Below are positions 24,380-36,728 of a stretch of 64,000 nucleotides of DNA, piece by piece. The notes beneath the pieces were generated by a model. The model was given only the letters and a program-made list of their open reading frames with translations. It had not been told where the DNA came from and did no database searches. The DNA comes from Octopus vulgaris. Its lineage: Eukaryota. How positions within the stretch are numbered: position 1 is the first letter of the stretch; every line of letters begins with the position of its first letter. The translations under genes and the position numbers were made by a program. The stretch covers positions 248,001-312,000 of the forward strand of contig OX597839.1 in NCBI GenBank assembly GCA_951406725.2, in the 5' to 3' direction.

Positions 24380-25756
24380 ACATTAGTAAGGCGGGACTGC
24401 AGTGACTCCTTAATATTTTGTAGTGATGGAACCCTTTTGGTGGGAAGGGGCCAGTCGATTGGATCGACCCTAGGCCACACATGATGCTTAATTTATCGAC
24501 CCCGAAAGGATGCGACCCTAGGACACAAATGATGCTTAATTTATCGACCCCGAAAGGATGAAAGGCAAAGTTGACCTCGGTGGAATTTGAACTCAGAACG
24601 TAAAGATTGTGCTCATATAACAAAGACTGGAAAAAGGAGTACGAATGGTTGGCAGCAACTAATAATCCACAAGAGGCAAAGTGCATTATTTGTAATGGTA
24701 CCTTTAAAATTGGTCATATGGGTGTTGTAGCAATCAAACAACATAAGACTTCCAATAGTCATAAAAGTAACTGCGATGCTTCAGTTTCCAAATCTTTGAT
24801 AAATTTTCCATAAAAGCCAATACAGAAGAAGAAGATAATATAATTGCTCAGATATATATCCTGCAGTTAAACACAATCATTGCTACAACTCCCTTGATTG
24901 TAGCTTGAAAATGAATTCAAAACTTTCCTGGGATTCCAAAGTAGCTGGAAAGATATATCTTGTGGTCGGACCAAATCGAAGGCCATAGTTACGAATGTTT
25001 TAGATAAAAAAAAAGCATTAAAAGTAGCATTGAAAGATTTGAAACAACAGGATCCTCCTCTATAGTTTTGCCTTCAAATTGATGCTTCTAACCACAAAAA
25101 CAGGGAAATATTTCCCTTATGTGTTCAATATTTCAATATGGAATATGGTGCAGTGAACTACATTATTGACTGTTTTGAGAATGCTGATGAAAGTGCTGAT
25201 GGAATGTTTTAGATGTTTGAGAAAGACTCTGGACAATTTGCAACTTGACTGGGGAAGAGTTTCAGGTTTTAGACTTTGAAATCTTTAGACTTTAAATGTA
25301 TCAATGTTTTCAAAATAGTTTCTTTTGTCCTTTGAATTCCTGGAACATCATCTTATTGTGAGAGAGTTTTTAGTTTAATGCCATCTAAATGGCGAGATGA
25401 AAGGAACCGATGCTTTGTAGAATTAATTGAGAATGAATTTCTCTTATATTTTAACATAAAAGATAGTTGCTTGGAATTTGCTAAAAACATCAAAGAAGAT
25501 ACAAATTTTCAGAAGCCAGCAAAAAACCAGGGCAAATATAGTCTTAAAGATTCGAATCTTTTGATCAAAGTAAAATAAAAGTCTTCTTGGTCTTTTGTTA
25601 TTGTATTTTCATTTAGATAAAAGAAATGTAATTTTGAACTGCATTTAATATTGGCATCTGTTATGATTTATAGGAACCAAATAAAAATTTGTGCACTTGT
25701 ATATCATTAAAGTTTTACATGTCTTTTATTGTAGTTTTACAGAGTTGGCAACCCTA
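24380..25756 (+). mobile_element. hAT DNA transposon remnant; second copy ~49260-50877, 5' piece also at ~11000-11200
   Basis: BED-like zinc finger (W..EYEWL..AKCIIC..F.IGHMG..IKQH..SNSH), DASNHK motif, dimerisation region IPGTSSYCERVFSLM..KWRDERNR; right end GTTGGCAACCCTA (TAGGGTTGCCAAC TIR). Confidence 0.75.
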
Positions 25757-26842
25757 GTTCCTGTGCATTACAAAACCACAGGCTACAGTATACACGTGGT
25801 CATTAAAACACAAAAAAAAGAAGCTCCAAAGATACGCATTTTCCAGAAAGTTATGAGGAGGAAAATGTCCGGTTGTGTGAATTTTCCGAAACTCCTCTTC
25901 CCAATCCCTCCGGAGGTTCCAGAACATTGCCAAAAACCAGCATTGTCAAATTCCACCCCGTTGTCCCCCCACCCCAATTCTTGAATTTTGACTATTTTCC
26001 CCAACACTAACCCTAAAACCCTAACCCTAACCGTACCAATACAATAAGAAAGTCTACATTTCATTCTGATAATAGAATCACTTCAGTGGTAAGTTAATTT
26101 TCGTGTTTTAATTACAACGCAATGTATTTAATTAAATTGTGTCTGTGGAGAGTCATTCTGTTTTAATGCCTTATTAATTAATACACTTGTAACACGATGG
26201 GGATCAGCATAAAATACGATTATAATAAATACTGCCGAGGTCGACTTTGCCTTTCATCCTTTTGGGGTCGATAAATTTAGTACCCCATCCTTGCGGGATC
26301 TTTTTTCTTTGACCGGCAGATTTTTTAAATAAATTCTTTGTAACTAAAAAATTTTAAACTTCGTATATTGGTAGAGTTACAAAGAAATTATTTTTAAAAT
26401 CTGCTGCTCAAAGAAAAAAGATCCCGCAAGGATGGGGTACTAAATTTATCGACCCCGAAAGGATGAAAGGCAAAGTCGACCTCAGCAGTATTTATTATAA
26501 TCGTATTTTATGCTGTTTGGAAGTTGTTTCTGTAAAATTCCACCAAAAGATATCCATTTTCCTTAAAGTCGTCATGACCGGAGCTTAAACTGTATATTGA
26601 CCGCACATCAATATTATCAATACTTTTTATAATATCCCAGTTGCGTACTAGAGTCGATCTAATAGACTGAACCCCTCCCACCAAATTTATACGCACACAC
26701 ACACACACACACAGTCTAATACACGCGCGCGCACACACACACACAGTCTCATACACACACACACACAGTCTCATAAACACACAAACCCACACACACAGTC
26801 TCAGTCTCACACACACACACACACAGTCTCATACACGCACAC

Positions 26843-27889
26843 ACAGTCGAGGGAGACTTTGAACAAAGCGGTCGTCGACATCTTCACCATCTCGTCTGGC
26901 AGCTTGTTCCAAGGATCCACAACCCGGACGGAGAAAGCCCCTCTCCTTCGATTGAGATGAAATCGTCGCAGATAGAGCTTTTCGGAATGACCCCACAGAC
27001 AACGCTCTGGAGCAGGAGTGAAGAACAGCTCTTTCAGGAGGTTACACTTTCCACTTATGATGTTGTGAGTGAAAATGAGATCACCATGGCGGCAGCGGTT
27101 TTCTAGAGAATAAAGGTCGATCGTCTTCAGCCTTTCTTCATAAGACAAATTCTTGAGACCATGAACCATGCGGGTAGCCAGCTTCTGGACTCTTTCGAGA
27201 TGCTGTATGTCTTTGAGTAGATAAGGAGAAGAGGTTTGAATCCCGTACTCCAATAAGGGTCTCACCAGCGTGACATAGAGCGGTAGTAATATGGCTGCTG
27301 TGAGCATTCCGAATGACCGTTGAATCAAGAACAGAATTCTGCATGCTTTGTTGGCAGCATGGACGCATTGGGCCGAAGGCGAAAAGGAGGAATCCACCAA
27401 GACACCCAGGTCCTTTACCTGATCGGTCCTCTCCAGCAGCAGACGACCCAGCTTGAAATCAAGTTGAGTTGCAGGAGGAGAGCCAACAGGCAGATGACAG
27501 CACTTTGACACGTTCAGACACAGGTCCCATTCGTTAGACCACCTCCAAATTTGGTGGAGGCATCGACGAAGATCCTCTATATTACCGCGAGGAGCGACCA
27601 GTTTGACATCGTCGGCAAATAGAAGGGTGTGTTGCGTGAGGTCGTCGGGCAAGTCATTTATGAAGACTAAGAACAATAAGGGCCCAAGCACTGAACCTTG
27701 AGGCATGCCACTGCTCGCACTGGAGACGTCGGACCGCGAACCATTAACTTGGACTTGGAAGGAGCGATCTGAGAGGAAGGAACCAACCCATCGTACAATA
27801 TCCGGATGGAAACTATATGCTTGAAGCTTGACAAGTAATAGGTGGTGGTTTACCGCGTCAAAAGCTTTGGCAAAGTCCAATAAATCCAA
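26843..27889 (-). mobile_element. 5'-truncated CR1-group LINE reverse transcriptase (open ~350 codons)
   Basis: LDFAKAFDAV, SGMPQGSVLGPLLFLVFINDL, LFADDVKL, KDLGVLVD, YVTLVRPLLEY, FSVRVVDPWNKLP; 3' end runs into a (CA)n tract. Confidence 0.9.
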
Positions 27890-28645
27890 TATATATATAA
27901 ATTAAATTAGAGATAAAACCACTATTAGGCAAATCAAACAGTGAAAAGCATAGACCAAAACACAAAAATAAATAAAATTAATATAATATACAAAATATAT
28001 GAAATATTAATTTAAAATTTCAATTATTTAAATTTAAAATTTTTAATTTATACTTATAAATTATTATTTTTTAAAATATTTTTTAATTTTTTAATTTATG
28101 AATTTTTAAACTTTTAATTTTTAAAAAAATAACTATCAAAAAGTATAGTATGGTGGTTGCTGCTGTTGCAGTTGTCTTGACTGTGATCATTGTGATGACA
28201 ATAGTGACTGTGGTGGTGGTGGTGGTGGTAGTGTGACTATTTCTGGTAGTAGCTGTGTGTTTTGTAACACTTGTTGTTGTTGTTGTTATTGAAACAGTTG
28301 ATATTGATGTTGTTGTTAATGTTGCCATTGTCTTATTCAACTCTCTCTCTCTCTCTCTCTCTCTCTTCTATTTTTCCCACACAAAACAGACATTGTAAGG
28401 ACAAAATGTAAGTATAACCTCCAATATCTTCCTGCATCAAAACTGATCACAACCAATAAAAACTTTCCACACCCTACACATATGCAGCCATGTGTATCAA
28501 CTTTGTCATCATGTAGGGTACTGCATGACTCATATGAAAATAGCACAACAAAAACAAACACAAAAGATTGTACATGTAGATTGCAAACCTCTGATCTTCT
28601 GTCACATGGGAGGGCTATGTGTATAATATCAAATGACTATTTATG

Positions 28646-28684
<39 letters not shown>

Positions 28685-28959
28685 ATGATTCTGTAAATAT
28701 GTTTCTATATGCATATGCATGCATGCATATATATATACGTATGTGTGTGTGTGTTTGTGTGTGTGTTTATATATGCATATATATATGTGTGTGTATGTGT
28801 GTGTGTGTTTATATATGCATATGCAAGCATGCATATATGTGTGTGTGTGTATGTGTGTGTGTGTGTATGTTTGTGTGTGTGTTTATATATGCATATATAT
28901 ATGTGTGTGTGTGTGTTTCTATATGCATATATATATGTGTGTGTGTGTGTGTTTATATA

Positions 28960-28997
<38 letters not shown>

Positions 28998-29029
28998 AAT
29001 CATATATCAGAAAGCAGGGGTTAAGTGAC

Positions 29030-29870
29030 CCATCTGTTCGTGTCCGCTGTCAGCCTCGTCTGGCACCCGTGCCGGTGATACGTAAAAGCACCATTCGCTC
29101 ATGGCCGTTTGCCAGCTCTGCCTGGCCCCGTGTCGGTGGCACGTAAAAGCACCATCCGTTCGTGGCCGTTTGCCAGCTCTGTCTGGCCCCGTGTCGGTGG
29201 CACGTAAAAGCACCATCCGTCCGTGTCCATTGCCAGCCTCGGCTGGCCCCCATGCCGGTGACACGTAAAAGCACCGTCCGCTCGTGGCCGTTTGCCAGCT
29301 CTGTCTGGCAACCGTGTCGGTGGCACGTAAAAGCACCATCTGTTCGCGTCCGTTGCCAGCCTCGGCTGGCCCCCGTGCCGGTGACACGTAAAAGCACCAT
29401 CCATTCGTGGTCGTTTGCCAGCTCTGTCTGGCCCCGTGTCAGTGGCACGTAAAAGCACCATCCATCCGTGTCCGTTGCCAGCCTCGGCTGGCCCCCGTGC
29501 CGGTGACACGTAAAAGCACCGTCCGCTCGTGGCCATTTGCCAGCTCTGTCTGGCCCCGTGTCGGTGGCACGTAAAAGCACCATCCGTTCGTGTCCGTTGC
29601 CAGCATCGGCTGGCCCCGTGCCGGTGACACGTAAAAGCACCATCCGTTCGTGGCCGTTCGCCAGCTCTGTCTGGCACCTGTGCAGGTGGCACGTAAAAAA
29701 CACCCACTACACTCGCGGAGTGGTTGGCGTTAGGAAGGGCATCCAGCCATAGAAACACTGCCAGATCTGACTGGGCCTGACGAAGCCTTCCAGCTTCACA
29801 GACCCCAGTTGACCCGTCCAACCCATGCTAGCATGGAAAACGGACGCTAAACGATGATGATGATGATGAT
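29030..29870 (+). repeat. SINE 3' portion with internal ~61-bp unit expanded to 11 tandem copies
   Basis: CGTAAAAGCACC anchor at 29081, 29142, 29203, 29264, 29326, 29387, 29448, 29509, 29570, 29630, 29692; ends in the common AACCCATGCTAGCATGGAAAACGGACG..(GAT)n tail also seen at ~9130, ~14240 and ~58745. Confidence 0.85.
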
Positions 29871-29949
29871 ACAAATTATAAACAAGGGCAAAAGAAATTT
29901 ATTTCTATGCCTATATGCTGATAACAGACAGTTGCTCATAAACAATGGA

Positions 29950-30410
29950 TTTTGATAGATTGAGGCTTTCTGCCAATTCTCGGGTTATTCTCAATTAATG
30001 ACTTGGTTTGGTCGTCATCTGTAATGGATGGTCTGCCTGATCATTCTTTATCAATAAGGCTACAATCTCCAGCTTGGAACCCTGCGAACCACTTCTGTAC
30101 AGTTCTTTTGGATAAAGAAACATCATTGTAAACTGCGCATATTTTTTTGGTTGCTTGTGAGGCATTTTTTTCCTTTACGGAAAAAGAAAAGCATCAAGTG
30201 CTGAAAATGAACTTTCTTATCTTTTATTTTAAAGGGTTACAGAATTAACATAGGTTATAGGAACATAAACCTTCTTCCACGAAAAGATGGCTTAAACTGC
30301 GCTCTAAATGGTGGTGTAGTCAAATCCTATTTTATGGACTCAACCATGTTCTAAAATAAGTCGAAAGGTAAGCTACTGTAAATTGGCACAAACTTTCCGG
30401 AGACCTCATA
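29950..30410 (-). mobile_element. Mariner transposase N-terminal fragment
   Basis: Minus strand KKICAVYNDVSLSKRTVQKWFAGFQAGDCSL..SGRPSITDDDQ..LIENNP (HTH region); TIR-like end near 30390-30410. Confidence 0.65.
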
Positions 30411-31303
30411 TTTCATCATCATCGTTTAACGTCCGCTTTTCATGCTAGCATGGGTTGGACATATGACTGAGGGCTGGTGAATCAGATGGCTGCACCAGGC
30501 TTCAATCTTGATCTGGCAGAGTTTCTACGGCTGGATGCCCTTCCTAACGCCAACCACTCGGAGAGTGTAGTGGGTGCTTTTACGTGCCAGTCAGGCGGCA
30601 CTGGCAACAACCTCGCTCGAGTCTTCTAAACATGCCACCAGCGTGGGTGCCAGTAAGGCGATGCTGGTAACGATCCCGCTCGAATGGTGTTTTTTGGTGA
30701 GATCAGCAAAATAAAGACTCTGTTCAGATTAAATTCAAGCTATAACGACTTTCCTGTTGTTTACAGCACAATAATCTGACAAGCTTGTATAGCATGTCGT
30801 GGGTTTCCAAGCTATCATCCAGGTTTTTAACAGCGTGAAACTAATTACAGATTGAATATAAATCCTGTGTATAGTGGTTTCAAATTTTGGCACAAGGCCA
30901 GCAACTTTAGGAGAGGGATAAGTGGATCATATTGACCCCCCAGCATTCATCTGGTACTTTTTTTATCAACCCCAGAAGGATGAAAGGCAAAGTTGACCTC
31001 AGTGAAATTTGAACTCAGAACGTAAAGACAGACAAAATGCTGCTGAGCATTTTACCCAGAATGCTAACAATTCTGCCAACTGACCACTTTAAAAATCGTG
31101 TATGCACACACACACACACTCACACACACACGCACACGCTCACACACATACATACATATATATACACATATATATACATATATATGTATGTATATAAGTA
31201 TGTATGTATTTGTGTGTATGTCTATGTTTGTGTATCCTGTGTTTGTGGAGATACATCTCTCTACTGTATACACTTGAATAAATGATATATATATATATAT
31301 ATG

Positions 31304-31457
<154 letters not shown>

Positions 31458-31686
31458 TACATAAATATATATATATGTATATATATATGTATATATATAT
31501 GTACGTACAGATATACATATACATAAACCTATACACCTGTCACTAAGTGTTATGGCTGTTAATACACTTTACCACTAAACTTAAAAGTGTGTTGGAGCTA
31601 GAAGGGTTTGTTGTGGGAGGGTGTGTAGATGACTGCTGTAAATGGTAAAGCCAAATTCCATGTTTCTTCATTTCTTTCTTCTGCAG

Positions 31687-31704
31687 ATCAAAGCCGCAAG
31701 AAAC
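31687..31704 (+). CDS. Long-tail module exon 1: duplicate 18-nt micro-exon (H)QSRKK(Q)
   Basis: Acceptor tttctttcttctgcag, donor AAC|gtaagt; phase 1-1; 3 substitutions relative to 4941-4958. Confidence 0.75.
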
Positions 31705-32834
31705 GTAAGTAATAACTTCTTCACATATTAAGACAAACTAAAGAGGGAGTCAACAAATGGTTAGTTAACCTGCTAGAAATAGCAAGTCGGGTGCCTATCA
31801 AAGAGTACTTTTCTGACTTGAAAATATGAAGGACACTCTAGGTAGTGTATACACCATGTCAGAGTAAAAGACATGACACATTAAATGATGTAGTCCTGGA
31901 TACACTATGCCTCAGCAAAATTCAGGAAACATTTGATGATGTAGTCTTAGATACACTATGTCAGAATAAATGATAGTATACAATAGGTGATGTAGTCCTA
32001 GATACACTATTCCTGAATAAAACGTTGGATACATTTGATGATTTAGTCCTATTGGAATAAAAGACAGGATACATTGGTTGGTGTAGTCCTAGATACACTA
32101 TACCTGAATAAAAGAACAGGCTACATTAGATGATGTTGTCTTTGATACTCTATGCCAGAAAAAACAACTGGATACATTAGATAATGTTGTCCAAGATACA
32201 CTATGCCTGAATAAAAGACGAAGCACCTTCGATAATGTAACCCCAGTCCAAAACTGAACCAGTTGGCCTATAGGCCATTATTAGTTACGCACCATCGTAC
32301 AACATTGGCAATTCTACATTTGATCTTTGTCTTGAAGAAATGGATTATATAATTACCTCTAAATTAATTTTATTAAATTTTAATGGGAATTTTATAATGA
32401 AATGCTGTCACAAATTTCATAAGGCATTTAAATATTTCAATCATAATGAAGTGATTCTCCTCTATTTTCTTTTACCCAAAACCAGGAACTCTTCAGCCTC
32501 CCTCATGTGGATGTATATAAATATACATATACATACACGCACACACTCACATATATACATATATATACACACATATAGTAGAGTAATAAAAAGAAAGATC
32601 TTTGTACAGTATTATATATTTGAAAAAAGGAGGTAGCATTTTTTTGATAATTTTTATTTTAATACTAATGTTTATAAAAAGCCATCTCTCCTCAATTTTT
32701 CAAATATTTCTATACATATACATATATATAACTCAGGTAATGCATAAATATATTATTATATAACAAACAAAAGAAAAAACAATTCCCTCAAAGGGATTGT
32801 CAATTGTATTTCTCTATTAATTTATTATTTGTAA

Positions 32835-32877
<43 letters not shown>

Positions 32878-33116
32878 CAAATTTACAGAAAACAAAAGAT
32901 GAAGGCAAGTGAAGGAACAACAGGTGTATTAGTTTAATGCGCTGGAAGAATGAAAAACTCTTTAATGTTTCGAGCCTCTGCTCTTAGACAGAAGGGATTA
33001 AGAGTAAAAAAAAACTGAGAGAGAGGAAAAAGAAAAATGTGTAGGAATTAATGGTTTGACATGATGTTTGAATATTTTTTGAAACTGCCATTATTCTGTA
33101 TTTCTTTTTTTTCCAG

Positions 33117-33149
33117 AAAAGAGACATGACAACAGCTACCAGTCAATTG
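33117..33149 (+). CDS. Long-tail module exon 2: (Q)KRHDNSYQSI(V)
   Basis: Acceptor tttctttttttttccag, donor TTG|gtgagt; 33 nt, phase 1-1. Confidence 0.75.
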
Positions 33150-33559
33150 GTGAGTCAAAATTCCAGTGTGATATTTTTACATTCATAGTTATGACAGCAT
33201 GGTCTGGTCAAAACGCTTTCATCATATGTTTGCTGGATCGAAGATGACCTGGGGCTAAACAAGGAAGGACACATTAGAGAATGTAATCCTAGATACATTA
33301 TGTCCAAATAAAAGGTGACATAGTAACAACAGCAAACATGCACACACACACACATTGATATATGTGTGTGTGTGTGTGTGTGCATATGGCAAGTAGTACA
33401 CTTTGTAAAGTGGTTGCTGTTAGGAATGGCATCTAGCTATAGAAACCCTTCCAAAACAGACCAGTAGAGCCTGAGCAGCTCTCCAACTGGCCAACACTTG
33501 TCAAACTGTCCAACCCATGCCAGCATGGAAAACAGATGTTAAAAAATGATGATGAAAAT

Positions 33560-35362
33560 GATGACATTTTGGTCAGCATTCATCCATCCACTCTCACTAC
33601 CTCCATCCACTACAAACACACAGACTCACACTCACCCTAAACACACAAAGCTTTCCATTCCCTGTTCCCAATTCCTCTGTATACGCAGGCTCTGCTGTGA
33701 CAACCATGACTTTGAGACTCAGTCTCAACTCATGGCTCACCACTTCATCCTACATGGATATCTCCTCACCACTAGCCACACTCCCTTGCTAGAGCATGTT
33801 CCATGGACCATGTATCTGCTCTCTCCCCTTGCACCCACCCTGCTGTCACCCATCTCCTGTTTCCCCTCACCTACCACCCCACCACCCTATTTCTCCAACG
33901 CACCATTCTCCGAGCCTTCTGGTGACTCCAGTCAGAACCCTCCACTTTGCACATCTTCCCTAACTCTCCCCCTTCAAACAAGCCCACAACCTCTGAGACC
34001 TCTTGGTCCACAGCTTCTTCCCTAACCCAACCTCCCAACCTGGCTCATTCCCCTGCTCCTGCCCATGCTTCCGTACTTGTCCTTACCTCTCCAATACCAC
34101 CCTCCTCACAGGCACCCATCATTGACCCTATTATATCACTAACTCCTTCACCTGGACTTCTAATGTCATCTATTGCATCTCCTGCTCTCTCTGTCCTTCT
34201 CTATACATCGGTCAAAAGGGATGCTGCTTGGCTGACCAGTTTGTGGAACACCTCCGAGACATCTGTCTCGGCAATGACACCTCGGTCTTGTGCCATTTCC
34301 ACTGTACCAGTCACTCTTTACAACGCCTGTCTGTGTTTGGATTGTCCTTGCACAGAACCAATCCGGACTCCCGTTTTCGCCATGAGCATGGATTAATCTT
34401 CTTTCTTATTTCTTTACTGCCCACAAGGGGCTACACACAAAGAGGACAAACAAGGACACTGGTACTTATTTAATCAACCCCGAAAGGAGGAAAGGCAAGT
34501 CGACCTCTGCGAAATTTGAACTCAAAACATAACGGCAGAGGAAATACCGCTAAGCATTTCGCCTGGTGTACTAACGTTTCTGCAAGCTTGCCACATGGAT
34601 TAATCTTCTTTCTTCGCTCCTTTGCACCACATGGGCTCAACTCTCCTCTCCTTTTCAACTAACCCTCCTCCTCTCTCCTCTCTTCCTCTTACACCTACCT
34701 CCTCTCACCTAGCTCTCCTCTCTTTCACTGGCACCTACTTCCTCTTTTCACTCCTAACCATCTTCTCCCTTCCACCCTCTCCATTCATTGTCATCCCTCC
34801 CTCGTTACCCCACCCCTACACATTCCAACCTCACCATCCCTATACATCCCATCCCACCCCCACTCCACCCTTGTCTCTCCATTCTCACCTCTGCCACACC
34901 CCAACACCACCACACCACACACCATCACACCACACACCACCACACCACCATGCCACACACCACCATACCACAACACCCTGCATACACTAGTACTGACTAG
35001 TTCCCAGCACACACACTTGCACTAACCACTTTCCAGCATCTACACTATCATCTACACACCTACACATACTCACGCGTATGCACACATTCGTTTTGGAATC
35101 ACCACTACTTTATTATCTCCTCTTCTTAGCTCTCCTGTGTGACCCCTCTGTCCGGCATTTACCATGATAGATCGTTAGCCACTAAACCTTTTTTCTGTTT
35201 TCTCTCCCTGTTTATTTCTGTGTTCCTTTCTGTCAAAGAGTTTAGGCTCGAAACATAAAAGACTTTCTCGCTTCCCGAGCATTACACTAATACATCTGTT
35301 CTAATACATCTGTTTGTTGTTTACACACCTGTCTTCATCTTGTTTTTTTGTAAATTCTCACT
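33560..35362 (+). mobile_element. Penelope-like retroelement remnant (RT thumb, GIY-YIG endonuclease, 3' pLTR)
   Basis: HPKHTKLSIPCSQFLCIRRLCCD..F..HFILHGY; TSNVIYCISCSLCPSLYIGQ..LADQFVEHLRDI..HF..HS..LIFFL|RSFAPHGLN; hammerhead-like motif at 35225-35262; ends at (TA)n. Confidence 0.85.
34408..34593 (-). mobile_element. tRNA-derived SINE inserted in the Penelope endonuclease with 21-bp TSD
   Basis: CATGGATTAATCTTCTTTCTT duplicated at 34387-34407 and 34594-34614; body matches the abundant family exemplified at 60967-61200. Confidence 0.8.
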
Positions 35363-35833
35363 ATATATATATATATATATATATGTTTTTTTATGTGCAA
35401 CTATTAGTTTCATGCAATTAAAGTATCTCTGACAGAATATTTTAACATGTCTGGTGCAATCTTCAGACAATTACCGCAAGATTGCGCTAAGGCATCAGAC
35501 GTGTTAAAAAAATGCTATTATGCTTTCATAGCATGAAACTGGTAGCAACACATGAAAGCAAGCATATATTGTGTTTATCAAATAACATTTATCTCTCAGC
35601 AGATAGAGTACATTTTTTCTTTGATCTAACCTCCACAGAACAGTATTCTATATATGTATAATATAAAAGAAACAGTGAGTGTGAACAGAGAAAAAAAAAT
35701 CAATTTATTTATATAATAGTCAATTCCATGTCTCCTACACTCATTTCAATTTCTTACTTGCATTGTTCAATTAAATGAAGTCGCATGAAACGATCGTACT
35801 ACATTACCTCTAGATATCCTTGTTGTTTATTTT

Positions 35834-35891
<58 letters not shown>

Positions 35892-36596
35892 TTCCTTCTG
35901 AGCAGATTACTTGCAGAAAGTCTCACCCAATCACACACAAAGACCACTTCCTAAAAAACCCAGCTCAAACAGCTTGATTGACACATACATGGAAATGGGC
36001 AAGTCCAGTAACACTCTCAAGAGACCTGTACCATATATCAGTAAGTATTATCATTATTATTATTATTATCATTATTATCATTATTGTTATAGATGTCACG
36101 TAGTATACAATATCGTGATGTAGTTGATTGAAGATGTTGTAGCTACCGGGGTTTTTTGCAGTTTGTCAAGTCACAACAAGGACCTCAGACAGACAGTACT
36201 TTACTCAATACACGTTCAGTTTATTAGATTACATCATTGTAATCTAACTTATCTGATGATGAAGGAAAATCAGAAAAAAACTTCTGTGTTGTCCCTGTAT
36301 AAATCTTGCACATTGCAACTTAATTTCCCCCATCAATAAGGGCCACTTACGCTTAGGCAGATGTGATGAAGTAGGTGTTCAGGCATCAATTAACAATGGC
36401 CATATCCACCTAAAATTATTCAATTATATCAATTGGAGCTGCCCTTCGTTTAAGGGCTAACAGAACCGTTAGAGAGTCAGACACTGTTCAGGCTTTCCGT
36501 GGTCTGAAGCAGAACATTGGTCAAGCTTGAAATGTCACCTTGAAGCTGGGCAAATATGGTACTTAATTAAACTATTTTTACTTTGTTTCATTTCAG

Positions 36597-36728
36597 TCAG
36601 CAGCCCTTATGATCCTTCTACTTTGACCAGATTAATCCAGCCGCCAGGGGGAGGAATCCCTTTACTTCCCCCCGTCTATCAACAAAACATAGAATCTATA
36701 ATGGGATTTAGGCACTGTTCTCCTCCAC
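36597..36728 (+). CDS. Long-tail module exon 3: (V)SSPYDPSTLTRLIQPPGGGIPLLPPVYQQNIESIMGFRHCSPP(R)
   Basis: Acceptor ctttgtttcatttcag, donor CAC|gtaaga; 132 nt, phase 1-1, open. Confidence 0.7.

Larger units (their letters stand above)
17575..26840 (+). repeat. Near-identical segmental duplicate of ~42430-51950
   Basis: Continuous high identity over ~9 kb, differing by small indels and copy-specific insertions (24436-24603, 26206-26300, 49438-49844). Confidence 0.9.

Noticed and set aside
29007-29821. Repeat-protein ORFs or a CRISPR-like array
   Set aside because: Contiguous 61-bp tandem units with no unique spacers, inside a SINE, in a eukaryote with no cas genes; open in several frames only because the unit lacks stops.
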